A DNA stretch of 64,000 nt from Octopus vulgaris (taxonomy: Eukaryota), in the NCBI GenBank assembly GCA_951406725.2, contig OX597815.1, positions 23,870,001 through 23,934,000 of the forward strand. The letters are read 5' to 3'. How positions within the stretch are numbered: the stretch's first letter is position 1; the number at the start of each line of letters is the position of its first letter. The notes under the pieces were generated by a model. The model was not told the origin of the DNA. It did not search any database and saw only the letters and a list, made by a program, of their open reading frames with translations. The position numbers and the translations under genes are program-made. This document shows positions 1 to 12,969 of this stretch, in pieces.

Positions 1-1289
1 GTGTTACTCCTTAAATTACTGGTATCCTTGATTGCATGTGATAAACTGAGCAAGACCTTGAAATGTACTCCAACTTACTTGGTAACATTAAATAAGTTAA
101 AGCAGATGCCAAGATCCAGCTCAATTTCACAAGAAGATTTATAAAAAGTAGAAGGAAGACAGTGTAATAATATCACTCTGTTTCTTGCAATTCTCTAGCT
201 CTCACTTAGTACAACCATTTTATGTAAACCATTTTCTCACTTCTGCAGTTCTTGAGTATTCTTATCTCAAATTCTTTAAACTTACTGTTAATCTCTCAGA
301 ATCTTGTTCTTCAACTCATCTTTGTTCTGTCTCAAATAGTTTTAGAATAAAAATTGTTATTGTAGCCATAGTTTCCATTTTGACTTAAGTTAGTTTGCAT
401 ACCTTTGCTATCTCTAGAGACTAATAAATCCACTTTTGATGTAAACACATCTGTAGTAAACATGAAGTGTTTTCCTAAAGTTGTTCTTTCTCTATCAGGT
501 GTGATTTAAAAAAATTTATTTGTTTTTATCTTTGTATTTCTTAGACACTTGCTTCTATTGAAATAAGGAATAATGCTTCACTAGAAACACACTTCTTAGG
601 GATAGAGTTCTTATTCTCAGTTAACATCGTTGGATAATGAGTTTGTTCTTCAGATCAAGACTTTTATTTTTTGTGTATCACCATTATCTAAACATAACTC
701 TACCTAACAAGATTCCTTTGAATTAGGCTGTTTAGGATCCTTAGGTTTGATTTGAAATTTTATCTTGGCTGAATAGGCTCAGTTTTGTGGATTCATGTTT
801 CATTTATTATATGTACCGTTGAATAATAGTACAATCTATATCCAAAGATTTATATTGATAAGGGGCAAATAAAAACAAGATATTGCCTGGATGAATCTTA
901 GTTTTGTTTCACTATTTATCAAACTTTCAGGAATTTAAAAAATACAAATAGAAATTAGTATAAATACATATTTTCACATTAAAATAAAAATATGAAATTA
1001 GACTAAAGAATGTAAATGTTAAGAATTAATTTTACTTATCCAAAGGAATTAATAAAGTCAGTTAAAAAAAAATTGGGAAAGTTGCCAATTATCAGATTTG
1101 AGAACTGTTTTGATAGAACAGAAATAATAAAAAGAATGGCTATTGATTAAAATATTAATAGAAATTATATCCTACCTCTTCTAAAGAATTATAAACAAAG
1201 AGAATGTATTAAAAATGAGTTAAAAGATTGTTGGGAAAGTTACAAAAAAACTTTACTGCTTAAATGACTTAAGCATTATTATATTCACA

Positions 1290-1700
1290 ATAGCCGCCTC
1301 GACTGGCTTCTGTGCCGGTGGCACATAAAAAGCACCATTTGAACGTGGCCGATGCCAGCCCCGCCCCGCCTCGACTGGCTTCTGTGCTGGTGGCACATAA
1401 AAAGCACCATCCGAATGTGGCTGATGCCAGCGCCGCCTTGGCTGGCTTCCGTGCCGGTGGCATGTTAAAAGCACCAACCGATCGTGGCCAATGCCAGACT
1501 CCCCAGGCACCTGTGCAGGTGGCACGTAAAAAGCACCCACTACACTCGCGGAGTGGTTGGCGTTAGGAAGGGCATCCAGCTGTAGAAACACTGCCAGATC
1601 AGACTGGAGCCTGGTGCAGTCCCTGGCTTCCCGGACCCCGGTCGAACCGTCCACCTCTTGCTAGCGCGGAAAACGGACGTTAAACGATGATGATGATGAT
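1290..1700 (+). mobile_element. RTE-LINE 3' UTR / RTE-tailed short retroposon with 4 internal modules and (GAT)n tail
   Basis: Shared core ggcgttaggaagggcatccagctgtagaaac, tail ggacgttaaacgatgatgat; many copies in the window. Confidence 0.85.
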
Positions 1701-2049
1701 TATACTCATACAATTTGTCTTTGTGATGGAGAGACCAACAGAAGCTACAATTCCCTGATTTGCTTCAATTCTTTACAAGTACCTTCACTAATTACATTAC
1801 TGAAGTTGGAGTTGTGTTCCAACTATATTTATGAATTTAGCCTTGGTTCTTTGTCAATTTGTCAGGGAACCCATTGCAACATTTGTCTATCTATTGCTTG
1901 AATTGAGTACACAGTAACAGTTTCCACTCCATTTTATATATTTAGTAAGGCTACTTAATAAATGGTTTTGGTATTCAGTTATTCTTTATTATTTTAATTT
2001 TTATCGTGTCCTTGAGGGGTTTTGAATTTGACTGTTTTAGCTTTTGAGT

Positions 2050-2345
2050 TTTCTTGCAGCTCTTAAACAGATTTACTTTAAGAACCAGGTCATCAGCATA
2101 TACAGTTTCCAAGGACATTTATTTGTGAATTCCAATGTTATTACTGCCAGAACCTCAATGAGAAAAGAGCTAAGAACAAAGCTCCCCACTCCCCCTGGAC
2201 ACCAAAATGTACACTAAATTCTTTACTGAATTGGTCTCTTAAACAATTCATCTACACATTAATAACTTTCCTTGTACCTTTCAAACTAAAATGTGGGCCT
2301 TTGGTAATTGTGTTCTCAGGTCAATGAATGGCAAAGAAGAATTGC
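2050..2345 (-). mobile_element. Degenerate RTE LINE reverse-transcriptase fragment
   Basis: Minus strand gives CPWKL/YADDLV-like remnants, similar to the 36800-37100 RTE. Confidence 0.6.
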
Positions 2346-3106
2346 TTGGGTTTAACCCTTTAGCATTCAAACCGGCCATATCCGGCCAAAATATGTAACT
2401 GTTTTATATTGAAACTGACCAGATCTCGCCTCTCACCTCAGCCCTTCCATGTCATTCTAAAACTAAAAAATCACATCACTGAAATCTCTAAACTACAAGA
2501 TAATACATGATTAATTCAAAACAATATAAACAAACAAACATCACATTTGACAGAATAATCTGAACACTAAAGGGTTAAAAGAAACTTTTTAATCTAAGAT
2601 ATTGAAACTTAATCACGAGAAATATGCTTTCTGTGCTCCCAAATCTCAGTACAAATTGAAACTGTATTATATAAACTTTTCTGATGTAGTACTAGTTTCA
2701 TTATGGCTCCCTTCAGTACTGGTCCATTAGCTTAATTACCATCTCTTATACATCTTTCATATTACAACGTTTGCCAATTATGGAGTAGTACTTAACTTTC
2801 AATATTCAAACTAAAATGTGGGCCTCTAGTAATTGTGTTCTCAGGTCAATGAATGGCAAAGAAGAATTGCTTGGGTTTAAAAGAAACGTTTTAATCTAAG
2901 ACATTGAAACTCAATCACTAGAAATATGCTTTCTGTGCCCCCAAATCTCAGTACAAATTGAAACTGTATTATATAAACTTTTTTGATGTAGTACTAGTTT
3001 CATTATGGCTCCCTTCAGTATGATCTATTAGCTTCATTGCCATCTCTTATGCATCTTTCATATTACAACGTTTGCCAATTATGGAGTAGTACTTAACTTT
3101 CAATAT
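2281..3106. repeat. Tandem duplication of a ~301-bp unit (copy 1 2281-2805 contains a MITE; copy 2 2806-3106)
   Basis: tcaaactaaaatgtgggcc...cttaactttcaatat occurs twice with few substitutions. Confidence 0.9.
2356..2574. mobile_element. piggyBac-type MITE, family A (CCCTTTAG ends)
   Basis: TTAA on both sides (2352-2355, 2575-2578), ends ccctttag.../...ctaaaggg; empty site visible at 2877-2880. Confidence 0.9.
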
Positions 3107-3679
3107 TTCAGCAGCTATCTTTGGGTCTGCAGACTGCAGTTTTCTTCTTATTCAACAAATTAGGCATGTACTAATCTCTGCAACTGGCTTTTTTGAGGAG
3201 GAGTTGGGGTGAGTTCTTATTCAAAAAGGTCTCATATTGACACTTCTATGCTATGATTTTTGTTTTCAGTCACCAGAAGTGTCATTTCAAACAAATTTCT
3301 ATCCAGATAACATCTTTATTTGTTCAAGCACAATGTCTTGCTGTTTGTAACACTTTATACTTCTTGTTTGTGTAGCTCAGAATATTAGCACACCTCTTAC
3401 TTAGGCCTCTGCATATCTTATCTATTACACTAATCCATCGTCTTTGTCATTTGTTTTCTGGTTGAATGCTTGCTTCAACAACAGAATCTGTTAGTGCCTT
3501 GTTGCAAGTTGCCCATTAGGTATGCCTGACTATCTGCTTTGCCTGTATCTTCCATCCATTTAAATAGTTATCAAGCACATAATAGTTATCAAGGCATCAT
3601 TCAATGATTTTTCCCTAATTGCTGGGTTTGGTGTCTGGTTGAAGGTGTAATGCCCATGATATTTGCAAAGTATCCTAGA

Positions 3680-4613
3680 CCAGTGAAATTGATGGCATTT
3701 ATGTTCCTCTTGAATCTTTGCATAAAAAATGTGATCAGGGGGGAAATTCCAGGGGGTTGAGTTTTTTGGAAGGAAGGCCTGATCATAGTGATTAGTGTAG
3801 GGCCAAGATGGCTGGTCACAGTAAGGGTGACGGGAAGAGGAGACAAGTAGGACAGCAATGCCTGAGTAGAGGTGCCATGAACCGTACCAGCTCCAAGGTC
3901 TAAAGGCTGGAGTATGATAAGGATAAGATTGATTTTAGTATGCCATGTGAGTGGTAGGTGACAAGTTGTCTGATTGGTGTACTGTGAGCTAGAACTGGAG
4001 CTTATCTGTAATTAATTTGGTGCCAACCATTTTAGTGGTCTTTCTTTGGGTGAGGATGTCTCTGCAACAGTAGTGCCATTCCAGATGTAACAGCATTATT
4101 CCATTGTGAGTTTCACTTGAACTTTGTAGAGTGTTAATAATTGTGAGCTGAAGTAATTTCTGACTTTGAAGAGAAGGGCCAGTCTTTGCAAATACGGCCT
4201 TAGTGGTGTTAAGGACGTGCTTTTCTAAAGAGAGAAAGGTGACTAGTTGCAAGGTTTATATGTTTAAGAGGAGTGTGGTGTGATGATGTCTTCTTGATAT
4301 GAAAAATGTTGGGGTTTTTTTTTTTTTGTTGAAAGCAACAAGACTAGCATGGCTCCACTGTAGGATAATTTTGGCAATTCCATTTATGGAACCAGCGCAG
4401 GTTTAGTGTGAGGTGCCTATGTTTTGTGTGGATGATGAATGGTTGGGAAAGATTAGGGAGGAATGAAGAGTAACACCAACTGCATAAGGAGGAATGAAGA
4501 GTAACACCAACTGCATAAGAGTCGGGTGTTGTTGAGTGTGATGAGTTGGTCATTGATGTGTATATAATGGGGTACAAAACCACATCCTGGGGCACACCCA
4601 GAATGGGTTTCAT
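3680..4613 (-). mobile_element. Degenerate CR1/Jockey-group LINE RT and C-terminal fragment
   Basis: GVPQDVVLYP (GVPQG motif), decayed YADD region (duplicated 31-bp segment 4458-4519), stops and frameshifts. Confidence 0.6.
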
Positions 4614-6060
4614 TATTATAATTACTTTGTATGTAATTAGTTTGTTTTATTGTAATTACTATTTTTTTTTTTCTAGCTATGTTTAAGAATCTAACTGTAG
4701 ATTCTTAATGTTTCTATATTTTCATCTAAGAATTGTGTCATTTTCAGTTAAATACTTATGTTATGATTTTGATAATAATCTGAGACTTTTATTTAGTGTT
4801 TCTGTTTGAATTGAACCTTTTCTAGCTTATTGATTCTATCAACAACTTGCTTTTGGATAAATGTCAACCTACTTTCATTAGACTTCAAGCTTATTAAATA
4901 TGCAAGAGCTATTAATTAATGTGCAAATATTTGTTAGTGATTTTTAATTGGCTATTAGCAAAATAAATAAAAAAGTATGCTCCTGCATTTTCTTGTAATT
5001 TGTGTTCTATTATTGATTTTAGTTGTAGAAATAGCTTGTTTGTGTCATTAGCTTCTCAAATCAAAATTGTTTTCTTTTACTTGGATCACTGAATGAATAA
5101 TGGCTGGAGTATGTTTGCACATAGTGATAATGAGTAAAAGAGTGAATGGAAATGCTTTTATGAGTGATTGCTAAATAAGGATTGTAAATTGGACAATGAA
5201 TATCTACTCTAAGTTGACCCAATTAAAGAATGGCTGACAATTAAGCAGTTAAATTTTGAAAACTCTCAGATTGTAGAACTAGAGAAAGCTCCTAGATAAA
5301 CAGTTGTGACAAACAAATAACTTAGACTAGGAATAAAAATTTTATCCAGACTAGTATGATATATAAATAAGCCTTGTCGGTTCTTTTAAGGGCAACAGTA
5401 AAGTACTCACAAAAGGAAAAGGTAATTATAGGCAAGCTTATATTTGACAACAAAAGTAAATAGAAAGGCCTCCTTTCTGTTTACTTTTCTATTTTGAAAA
5501 CAAAATATATTCCTTGTAATTTTGGTTTGCATTGATAGTAAATGTAGATTCTTAATTCATTTTACAACTCTTAAAGACAGCTGAATTGAGTAAAAATTGG
5601 TGAATGTATTTCAGTTATCTGGTTTTAATTTGAGTTGCTTAAGCTTCAATTCTTTAGTAAGCCAAAAGTTTTTTTTAATGTGTTCAGTTAATTGCTAATT
5701 TGAGTTCAAATTTTGCTAATGTTTATTCTACCACTCATCCTCTGCAACCACCACTAAATTCTTTAAGTGAGACGATTAAAATTTGACTTGGTCTTAGTCA
5801 GTTATTTTTTTTTTATCATGTACACCATTTACATTTAATTACTAGAAAATAAAATACTATCCTGCTTAATAATGTTTGACTGAAAGTACTTTAATAATTA
5901 TAATTAAAAATTATGCAAATTTTGTAGCGTGCAAAATATTCAATATTTTTGTTTTACATAGAGTTGAATAATTATTGTAAAGATTAAAACTAGTCAATTA
6001 CTATTTTTCCATCTCCCCCTTGTGAGCTGTGAAATTAGCTTGTTATTTAGAATATCTTAA

Positions 6061-6219
6061 CTCTTTAGCATTTAAACTGGCCGTATCCAGCCAGATTTTA
6101 CAGTATCATTCTAAAAATTATCTCAACAAAATCTCGTAGCTACAAGTTAATGCATGATTAATTCAAAACCATGTGGATAAATAAGCATTACTTTTGACAA
6201 TAATTTGTATGCTAAAGGG
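6061..6219. mobile_element. piggyBac-type MITE family A, internally deleted
   Basis: TTAA-ctctttagc...gctaaaggg-TTAA; internal gcatgattaattcaaaac shared with other copies. Confidence 0.8.
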
Positions 6220-6418
6220 TTAAAGGCAACATTTTGGTCATCTGGTCACCTTTGTTTTATTATCCATGTCTTATAGTATTTAATTTCATTGTTTAGTATT
6301 TTGAATGGAAATTTTTCTGGCTCAACTTCTGCTCTCTGGAGTTGTTAAAGTAACCATCAGCTATATAATAGTTTGATGCAATTAAACTATTGCCCTTTTA
6401 ACAACTGGCCATTATAAT

Positions 6419-6760
6419 TCATCATCACCATCGTTTAATGTCTGTTTTCCATGCTGGCATGGGTTGGATGGTTTGACATGGAGCTGGCCAACTGGGAGCT
6501 GTCCAGACTCCTATTGTCTGTTGTGGCATGGTTTCTATGGCAAGATGTCCTTCTTAATGCTAATCATTTAACAGAGTGTGGTGGGTGCTTTTTACGTGCC
6601 ACTGGCTCAGGTGCATTTATACAGCACCAGCACAAGTGTGTTTACACAGCATTGGCATTGGTGCTTTCTATGTGGCACTGGCACCTGAAAGGACAAGCCT
6701 GTATGTGTGGAAGGCAGCGATTTTACTTAGCTTGTTGTGTCTTTTCAAGTACAACAAATC
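6419..6760 (-). mobile_element. RTE LINE 3' end (last codons + 3' UTR + GAT tail)
   Basis: catcat tail and core motif on minus strand; upstream end reads FVVLEKT like other RTE C-termini here. Confidence 0.75.
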
Positions 6761-7039
6761 ACCACATAATTATTATTAATAATAATATTTATGTACCATT
6801 AATTGTACAATGGGTGTCAAAATCTGTAGACTGCCTTACTGTATTTAGTTACATCTCCTTATGTTGATTTAGAAATCACACCATGGTTGATATTCTTGTG
6901 TCCAGACTAAATAAAGATATTTTAGTAATACACTGGGATTGACTTAACTGATTCTGCCTTCTAAATTTTGTAGACTTATGGTGCTCAAAATCACCATCAT
7001 TATTTTAATTTCCTTGGCTATATCTGGCTTTTTATTTTT

Positions 7040-7190
7040 TAAATTCAGATCCTGCAGAAATCAGCTTTGTCTTTCATCTTTTATCCTTTCAGGATCAATA
7101 AAGTCCCAGTCAAATACTGTGGGCAAGTGTATATAATCAGCTGTCTCTTCCCCACAAGTTTTTCACCTTGTGTGTATCTGAGAAATTATT
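7040..7190 (+). mobile_element. Degenerate Meta-domain-like SINE fragment
   Basis: ttcagatcctgc..ctttgtctttcatc..ttcaggatcaataaagt similar to the 23794-24025 element. Confidence 0.5.
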
Positions 7191-8479
7191 ATTAGTCCAG
7201 GGTAGTGAAGGAAATGTTAGAGCACAGGACCAGATGCCTTGCCATATATTTTCCAATACTTTGCATTCTGACAGCAATGCCCCAGATCGTCATTGACTTG
7301 GAGAAAGGTGACTTGTGTGCATTGATAACTCCTGGTCTGCGCTAAAAAAAGGTTTTTCCAGATACAGAGCCATATAATGTAGATGGCTTGTCTGAATACT
7401 TTATGGTTACCAAATTTTAGCACCTCAATATTTTATCTTCCAATGTCAATAAAAAAAGGCATTTTATATTCCTCCCACCTGCAAAATGACCTTGTGTTTA
7501 ATTATTTGTAAACTTTGATTGTATAAAGAATCTAAGAGACTTTGCAGAGGCTGATGATTGTCCTATATTCAATACTTATTCTTGAATTGCTCCATTTTCA
7601 ATGTTAAATTAGTTACTTTATTTAATGTAGGGATATATGAATTGCTAATTTTCTTTTTATTCCACCCTCTGCCTTTTTGTAATTATTTCCTATATTCTTT
7701 TAAAATTGTGACACATGAATAGCATTTGACTGTTTGCTTATGTAATGCATGTATATAGGAATTATTGCATTTAATATTAGCTTAACTTGGTAGTAGAAAA
7801 ACCTGTCTTGGATTGAAGTGAAATAAACTTATTGGTTACTTACTATTGATCTGGTGTTATACAGAATAATTATAAGAACTGTCATATGGGAAAGGTTGTA
7901 AATATTGTTGATTTAGTTATTTTCTTTTTATATGCTAGTTTAGCAACTTAGATTTAAAAAAAATGTAATCTCACCATTTTACTTTCATTTTTTTTAAATC
8001 AGTAAAATACATACCTCTAATATATACTGTTCACCTAGAAAGGAACTATTATTTTTATGGTTGGAAAAATTTTTTGACAAGTGCTTGAAACAAGAACAAC
8101 CTGCTTTTAATTCTCAGTTAAAATCATTTCCTTTGAGTCTTCAAAGCTGTGACATTCTATATAACTTTAAATTTAAAATGACAAAGTATAGTATTTATAT
8201 AAAGTTGTTGGTTGTTGCCATAGCCCTTTGGAAAATACCCCAACTTCTCATTTTTTACCATTTATGAATCTAGAGCTTTGTATCTAGACATTTAAGATCT
8301 TATTTTCGTTAAAACAAATCAGTCAATCTATTCCCTAGTGTTTATCAAACACTTGTTGTCAGAACATTTCAGTATCGTTCAAAAATTTATAGCCCTATGT
8401 GTTTCTATTAATGCATTTGGAGTTGCTATAGGAAATTGGTTGTACTTTTTTACGTCAAGTATGACACAGTGCTAGAGTA

Positions 8480-9223
8480 TTGAGAGAAAAGTTAGGCATA
8501 AGAGGAATTAGATGCATTGTGTAAGAGAGAAGATTGTAAAGGTTTGGTCATTTGATGCGGATGCCTGTAGACAGCTTCATACAGAAGTGCCGATCACTTA
8601 AAGTGGATGGAATTCGTAGAAGAGTGAGACCCAGGAAGACATGGGACAAAGGACTAACGGTTGATCTCAGGATACTGAACCTTATAGAGAAGATGGCAAA
8701 GGACTAAGATATCTGGTACCTTGCCGTACTCAAGAAGACCTGCCTGCCACAGCAGAATTGTTAATACCCTGCTTCCAGCTGAAGGGGTTTTTATCTGTAA
8801 GAGCCCTGCTCTGGTGCACCTGTGTCACTGCCACGTAAAATTGCCAGTGCCATGTAAAAAACCACCAGTGTGCTAGTGCTGTGTAAAAAGCACTTGTGCT
8901 GATACCATGTAAAAAGCACCCCGTGCCAATGCCTTGTACAAAGCACCTGTGCCAGTATGCCACATAAAAAGTGCCCATGCCAGCGCTGTGTAAAGAAGAG
9001 CACTTGTGCTGGGTGACATAAAAAGCACTTGTACCAGTGCCATGTAGAAAGCACCCAACACACTCTGTAAAGTGGTTGGTATTAGGAAGGGCATCCAGCT
9101 GTAGAAACCAAACCAAATCAGACCGGAACTTCGTACAGCTCTCCAACTTGCCAGTTCTGGTCAAATGATCTAACCTATGCCAGCATGGAAAACACACGTT
9201 AAATGATGATGATGGATGATGAT
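8480..9223 (+). mobile_element. RTE LINE 3' end: ORF C-terminus, tandem ~26-bp modules, GAT tail
   Basis: Reads ..RRVRPRKTWDKG..DLRILNL..WYLAVLKKT (GRPRKTW RTE C-terminal motif) contiguous with the module array and tail. Confidence 0.8.
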
Positions 9224-9701
9224 TTACATATTATGATTAACTTTACAAACATATCTGACTCTGATATTAATCGCATGTAGTTTCATAATTATCTTAAATG
9301 TAGAACTAAATCAAAAATTATTTAGATGCATTTATTGCCAGATGATTGCAATATGAAATTAAAATAACTCAAATAAAATCTAACTAAACAATGGTTCAAA
9401 AGATTATGGACAACCATGCTTTACTATTGTTGATTTAAGGGATTCTTAAATATCAATACTTTATAGTAGTGGCTAGTTCATAAAATCTGTTGTAAGAAAC
9501 TAGGTTGAAGCACTTTTCTGATCATATTTATTTTAAGACAGGTGTATAATTTGCTTTTGTACACAACCTAATTCTTAAAATATAAACAGGTACATCAGTT
9601 ATGAAAGTGAGTATCTACTCTCACAAAAAGTGAACATGTCAAAGCTGACTGCTGTTGATTGCAGTCATAAAACTAGAGAAACTAGAGAATGTCTTTTTTT
9701 A

Positions 9702-9843
9702 AATTCTGTTGTGTCTGGGGAGAGTCATTTTCTTTTTGCGCCTTATAATGTAACACATTCACCGGTAAAATTTCCACTTTTTTCTTATTTCTTTTCTCCT
9801 AAAATTTTCGTTGCGTCTTGCAACCTTTTCAATAGTCTTGACT
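9702..9843. repeat. Interspersed repeat, single arm of the element at 61259-61482
   Basis: attctgttgtgtctggggagagtcattttc...caatagtcttg matches the reverse complement of 61344-61482. Confidence 0.8.
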
Positions 9844-12800
9844 CTTTTTTTTTTTTAATATAAAGAAAAAGTTAGGTTGTATTTGAAAGCAACATGGAAG
9901 TTACCTTAAGAGTGAATGTATAGTCTAGACATGTAGAACTTGCATGAAGGCAGCTTGGTATTACCAGCATCTGTTGATGTATGCAGAAGAGATTGAAGTG
10001 CTGATGGATGATGACAATGGAAAGTGCTGTGTTAAAGGACATGGAAATGATGACGTCAGATCATTAATATATGTCAATATGGGGTCAAGATTACTATACT
10101 GCAGATCAACCTATTTGCTTGTATAGAAACAGACGGCAGTGTGATGATGATGATGACATGTAATTGAGATGATTATATTTTTAATATATTAAGTACACTG
10201 TTTCTCTTAGATACCTAGAAATTAAAGTTCGGGTGTTGTTTTCAATGAAGAAAGTAATACAACTATATGGTTAATAGATAAGGATAACTTGATAAATCCT
10301 GGAACGAAGACTTGTGTGTTAGGAAGATGAGCACAAGAAGACTTAAGTTGTTCACTAGATGTTGTGGCTGCTAAAGTACAATCATATTAAAGAACTCTAA
10401 TAAGGGAATAAGTGAGATCTTGTTTAAAGTAGTAACTTTTTTAATTGAAAAGTAACTATTAAAAAAGCAGATTTGGTAATTAGTAGTGTCAAAATGTCTT
10501 AATATTGTTTAGTTAACTAATAGTCTGAGGGTTCTACAAATGCTCTATTTTATGATCTGATTGTGTGTCTCTCAGGTTTTCATATTAAAATGTCCATCTG
10601 TAATTAAAACATGCCACTGCTATTTGTTATTGATTTTTCTTGATATGTATGCTAATTTGGCTTGATTGCTAAGGTAACTAGATTCTAGAACAGGGAAAAA
10701 TAACTTGATCCAACTTGCAGCACTGACATTTCATTATATTCATATGTCCTGTTCTGCTGCTTGTGAATTGTTCCCGAAGCACTGCAAAAAAATAATAATA
10801 ATAAATTAAAAAATAAAAGATAATAATAAAATGCTTCTGGCTTATCTTCAGTTTTAATATTTGGATCAAAACAGAGTTACCAAATTACAACCTACATCTA
10901 AATTACATTAAACTATATGCTTGTTCAGTGCTCTGTGAATGAGAACTTGCAGCTCAAACAATAAGTTGAGATGATTTAATTTTGTGGATTTTCTTAAGGT
11001 TATTTTCTGTTTATGTGAACCTTATTCCTTAATAGATAAATTGTAGCAGACACCTTTGTGAAGCTGTGTCCTAATTTTGTAGGTCATTAGAAAGGTGTAA
11101 TTTGTATTGAAGACAATGTTTGACTAACCAACTGGGTCTAATAAAATTCCCTTTCTCACTTTTTACTGAGAGCTTAACTTTTTAAGTATTGAATTTCTTG
11201 TTTCATTCATTGAAGTAATTTAATATATTTAATTTGAAAAGGAAAGTTTGTAGAGAAAAAAACATGTAGCTAAATGACTTACCTATAACTCCTTAACCAC
11301 AAATAACTATTAAGAGTGTGAAGGTTGATGCCGTGTAAATAACACAAATATTAGTTTAGTGGGGAAATAAATCTGCTGAGTCTCAGTTTACAAGGAACAC
11401 ATTTACAAAAACATTGTTGAAGGATATAAATATATGCATTGATTTAAAAAAAAAAATTTGTAATTTCCTCGTAAAATAATGCTGTGGTTTGCAATGGCAA
11501 TTCCTTATTTTGTTATATCTGTTAGTCATAAGTTTCAAATTCAAAACAACTATTTCCCATAATAAATCAGTAGCATAAAAAGTAGTAATAATTGGTTTTC
11601 TATTTTCATCTGTGTTTGTATTTCAGGGCCAAATATAAGATAATGCTGTATCACTTTTTTATTGAGCAAACAAAATATTGTGGAATATGAATTCTTTTTT
11701 TACTTGGTTGCATTTTATGGCATTTTTATAGCTTATTGGCTAATCAATAACTAGTGATTATTGAAAAATTAAATATCATATTTAATGAGGTATGGACAAG
11801 GTGTTGATATTAATGAAAACATATGTGTGTGTGTATATTTGTAAAGGTAAGGCTAGTTGTCTACTTAAAAAGTTGATTGTAATGAAATAATTTAATAGAA
11901 GATAATTCTAAAATTTAATTTAAAAACAGTATGTCTCTGAAGTAAAAAAAAATGTTGCTAAGAAGTGATAAAACCTATTGTGAAAGATGCTTTTGCTCAC
12001 AATAGTAAGGCCTGGCAACAATTGATTTGAAACCCAAATATTACTACTTTTGTATTAGGCTTTATAGGCAAATCAAAAAACTGTCTTAATCTTAGTTTCC
12101 TTTTCTGACCAACAGATCCACTTCTGCTTTTAGATTAAGTGGATGGTTGAAATAAGGCTTCCAATTATAAAAACAGTTGCTTTGTATGAAAAATATGATT
12201 CCTATAAAATATTGAAATAAATTAATAAATACTGTTATTAGTTTAGCTCTGCGAAATGTTAGGGAAATTGATGCAAGAGGGTATTAGGTTGGGTAGATAC
12301 CTTATACTTTTGAATTCAAATTAAAATGTAATTAAGAAAAAGAATTTAGATTTGTATCTCTGGAGTTGCAAAATACATATTAGTAGCATAAATTTTGGAA
12401 TGAGACCCAGTTATATTTTTATTTTCTAGTTAATGAAAAATGGACATCTATATTACTGCCATAAAAAAAATACAAAATTATAAAAATATAGAACTGCATA
12501 TATGAATATGACGAAAAATATTTTTCATCAACTTTTAAGAGAAGAGAGTTCAGTATATTGGTGGATAAGGTACTAGATGTTTGATTCTGTTTTAAATTTC
12601 TTTATACTGTTATACATTCATTTTCCCATGCCTACTTACATGGAGTGGTTTGTTGGAGTAGTTGTTTCTACTTTTAGATGCTCTTCCTATTGTTAACCAC
12701 TTGGTATCACTATTCACTTTCTATTCATGTATTACTGAAATGAGAGTAAAACTTGCTTTTTGTCAAATAAGTCCATGTGTCATGGAAAGATGTTTTGAGC

Positions 12801-12969
12801 AGAGCTTTTTTGAAGAAATAAGATGTTAGAGGCTAATTAGAGGGAGAAGAGATATGTTCCTTGTTCAGGAGCACAATACAATTAATTTAGTTACACACAC
12901 ACACACACAAAAACTCATCTGTGGTTAGAAGTTCATCACACAACCACATGGTTTGAATTATTCTTTTAA

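Noticed and set aside
1311-1537. CRISPR-like appearance (26-nt direct repeats with 36-46-nt spacers)
   Set aside because: Spacers are homologous to each other, the array is part of a multi-copy retroelement tail in an animal genome, and there are no cas genes or leader.
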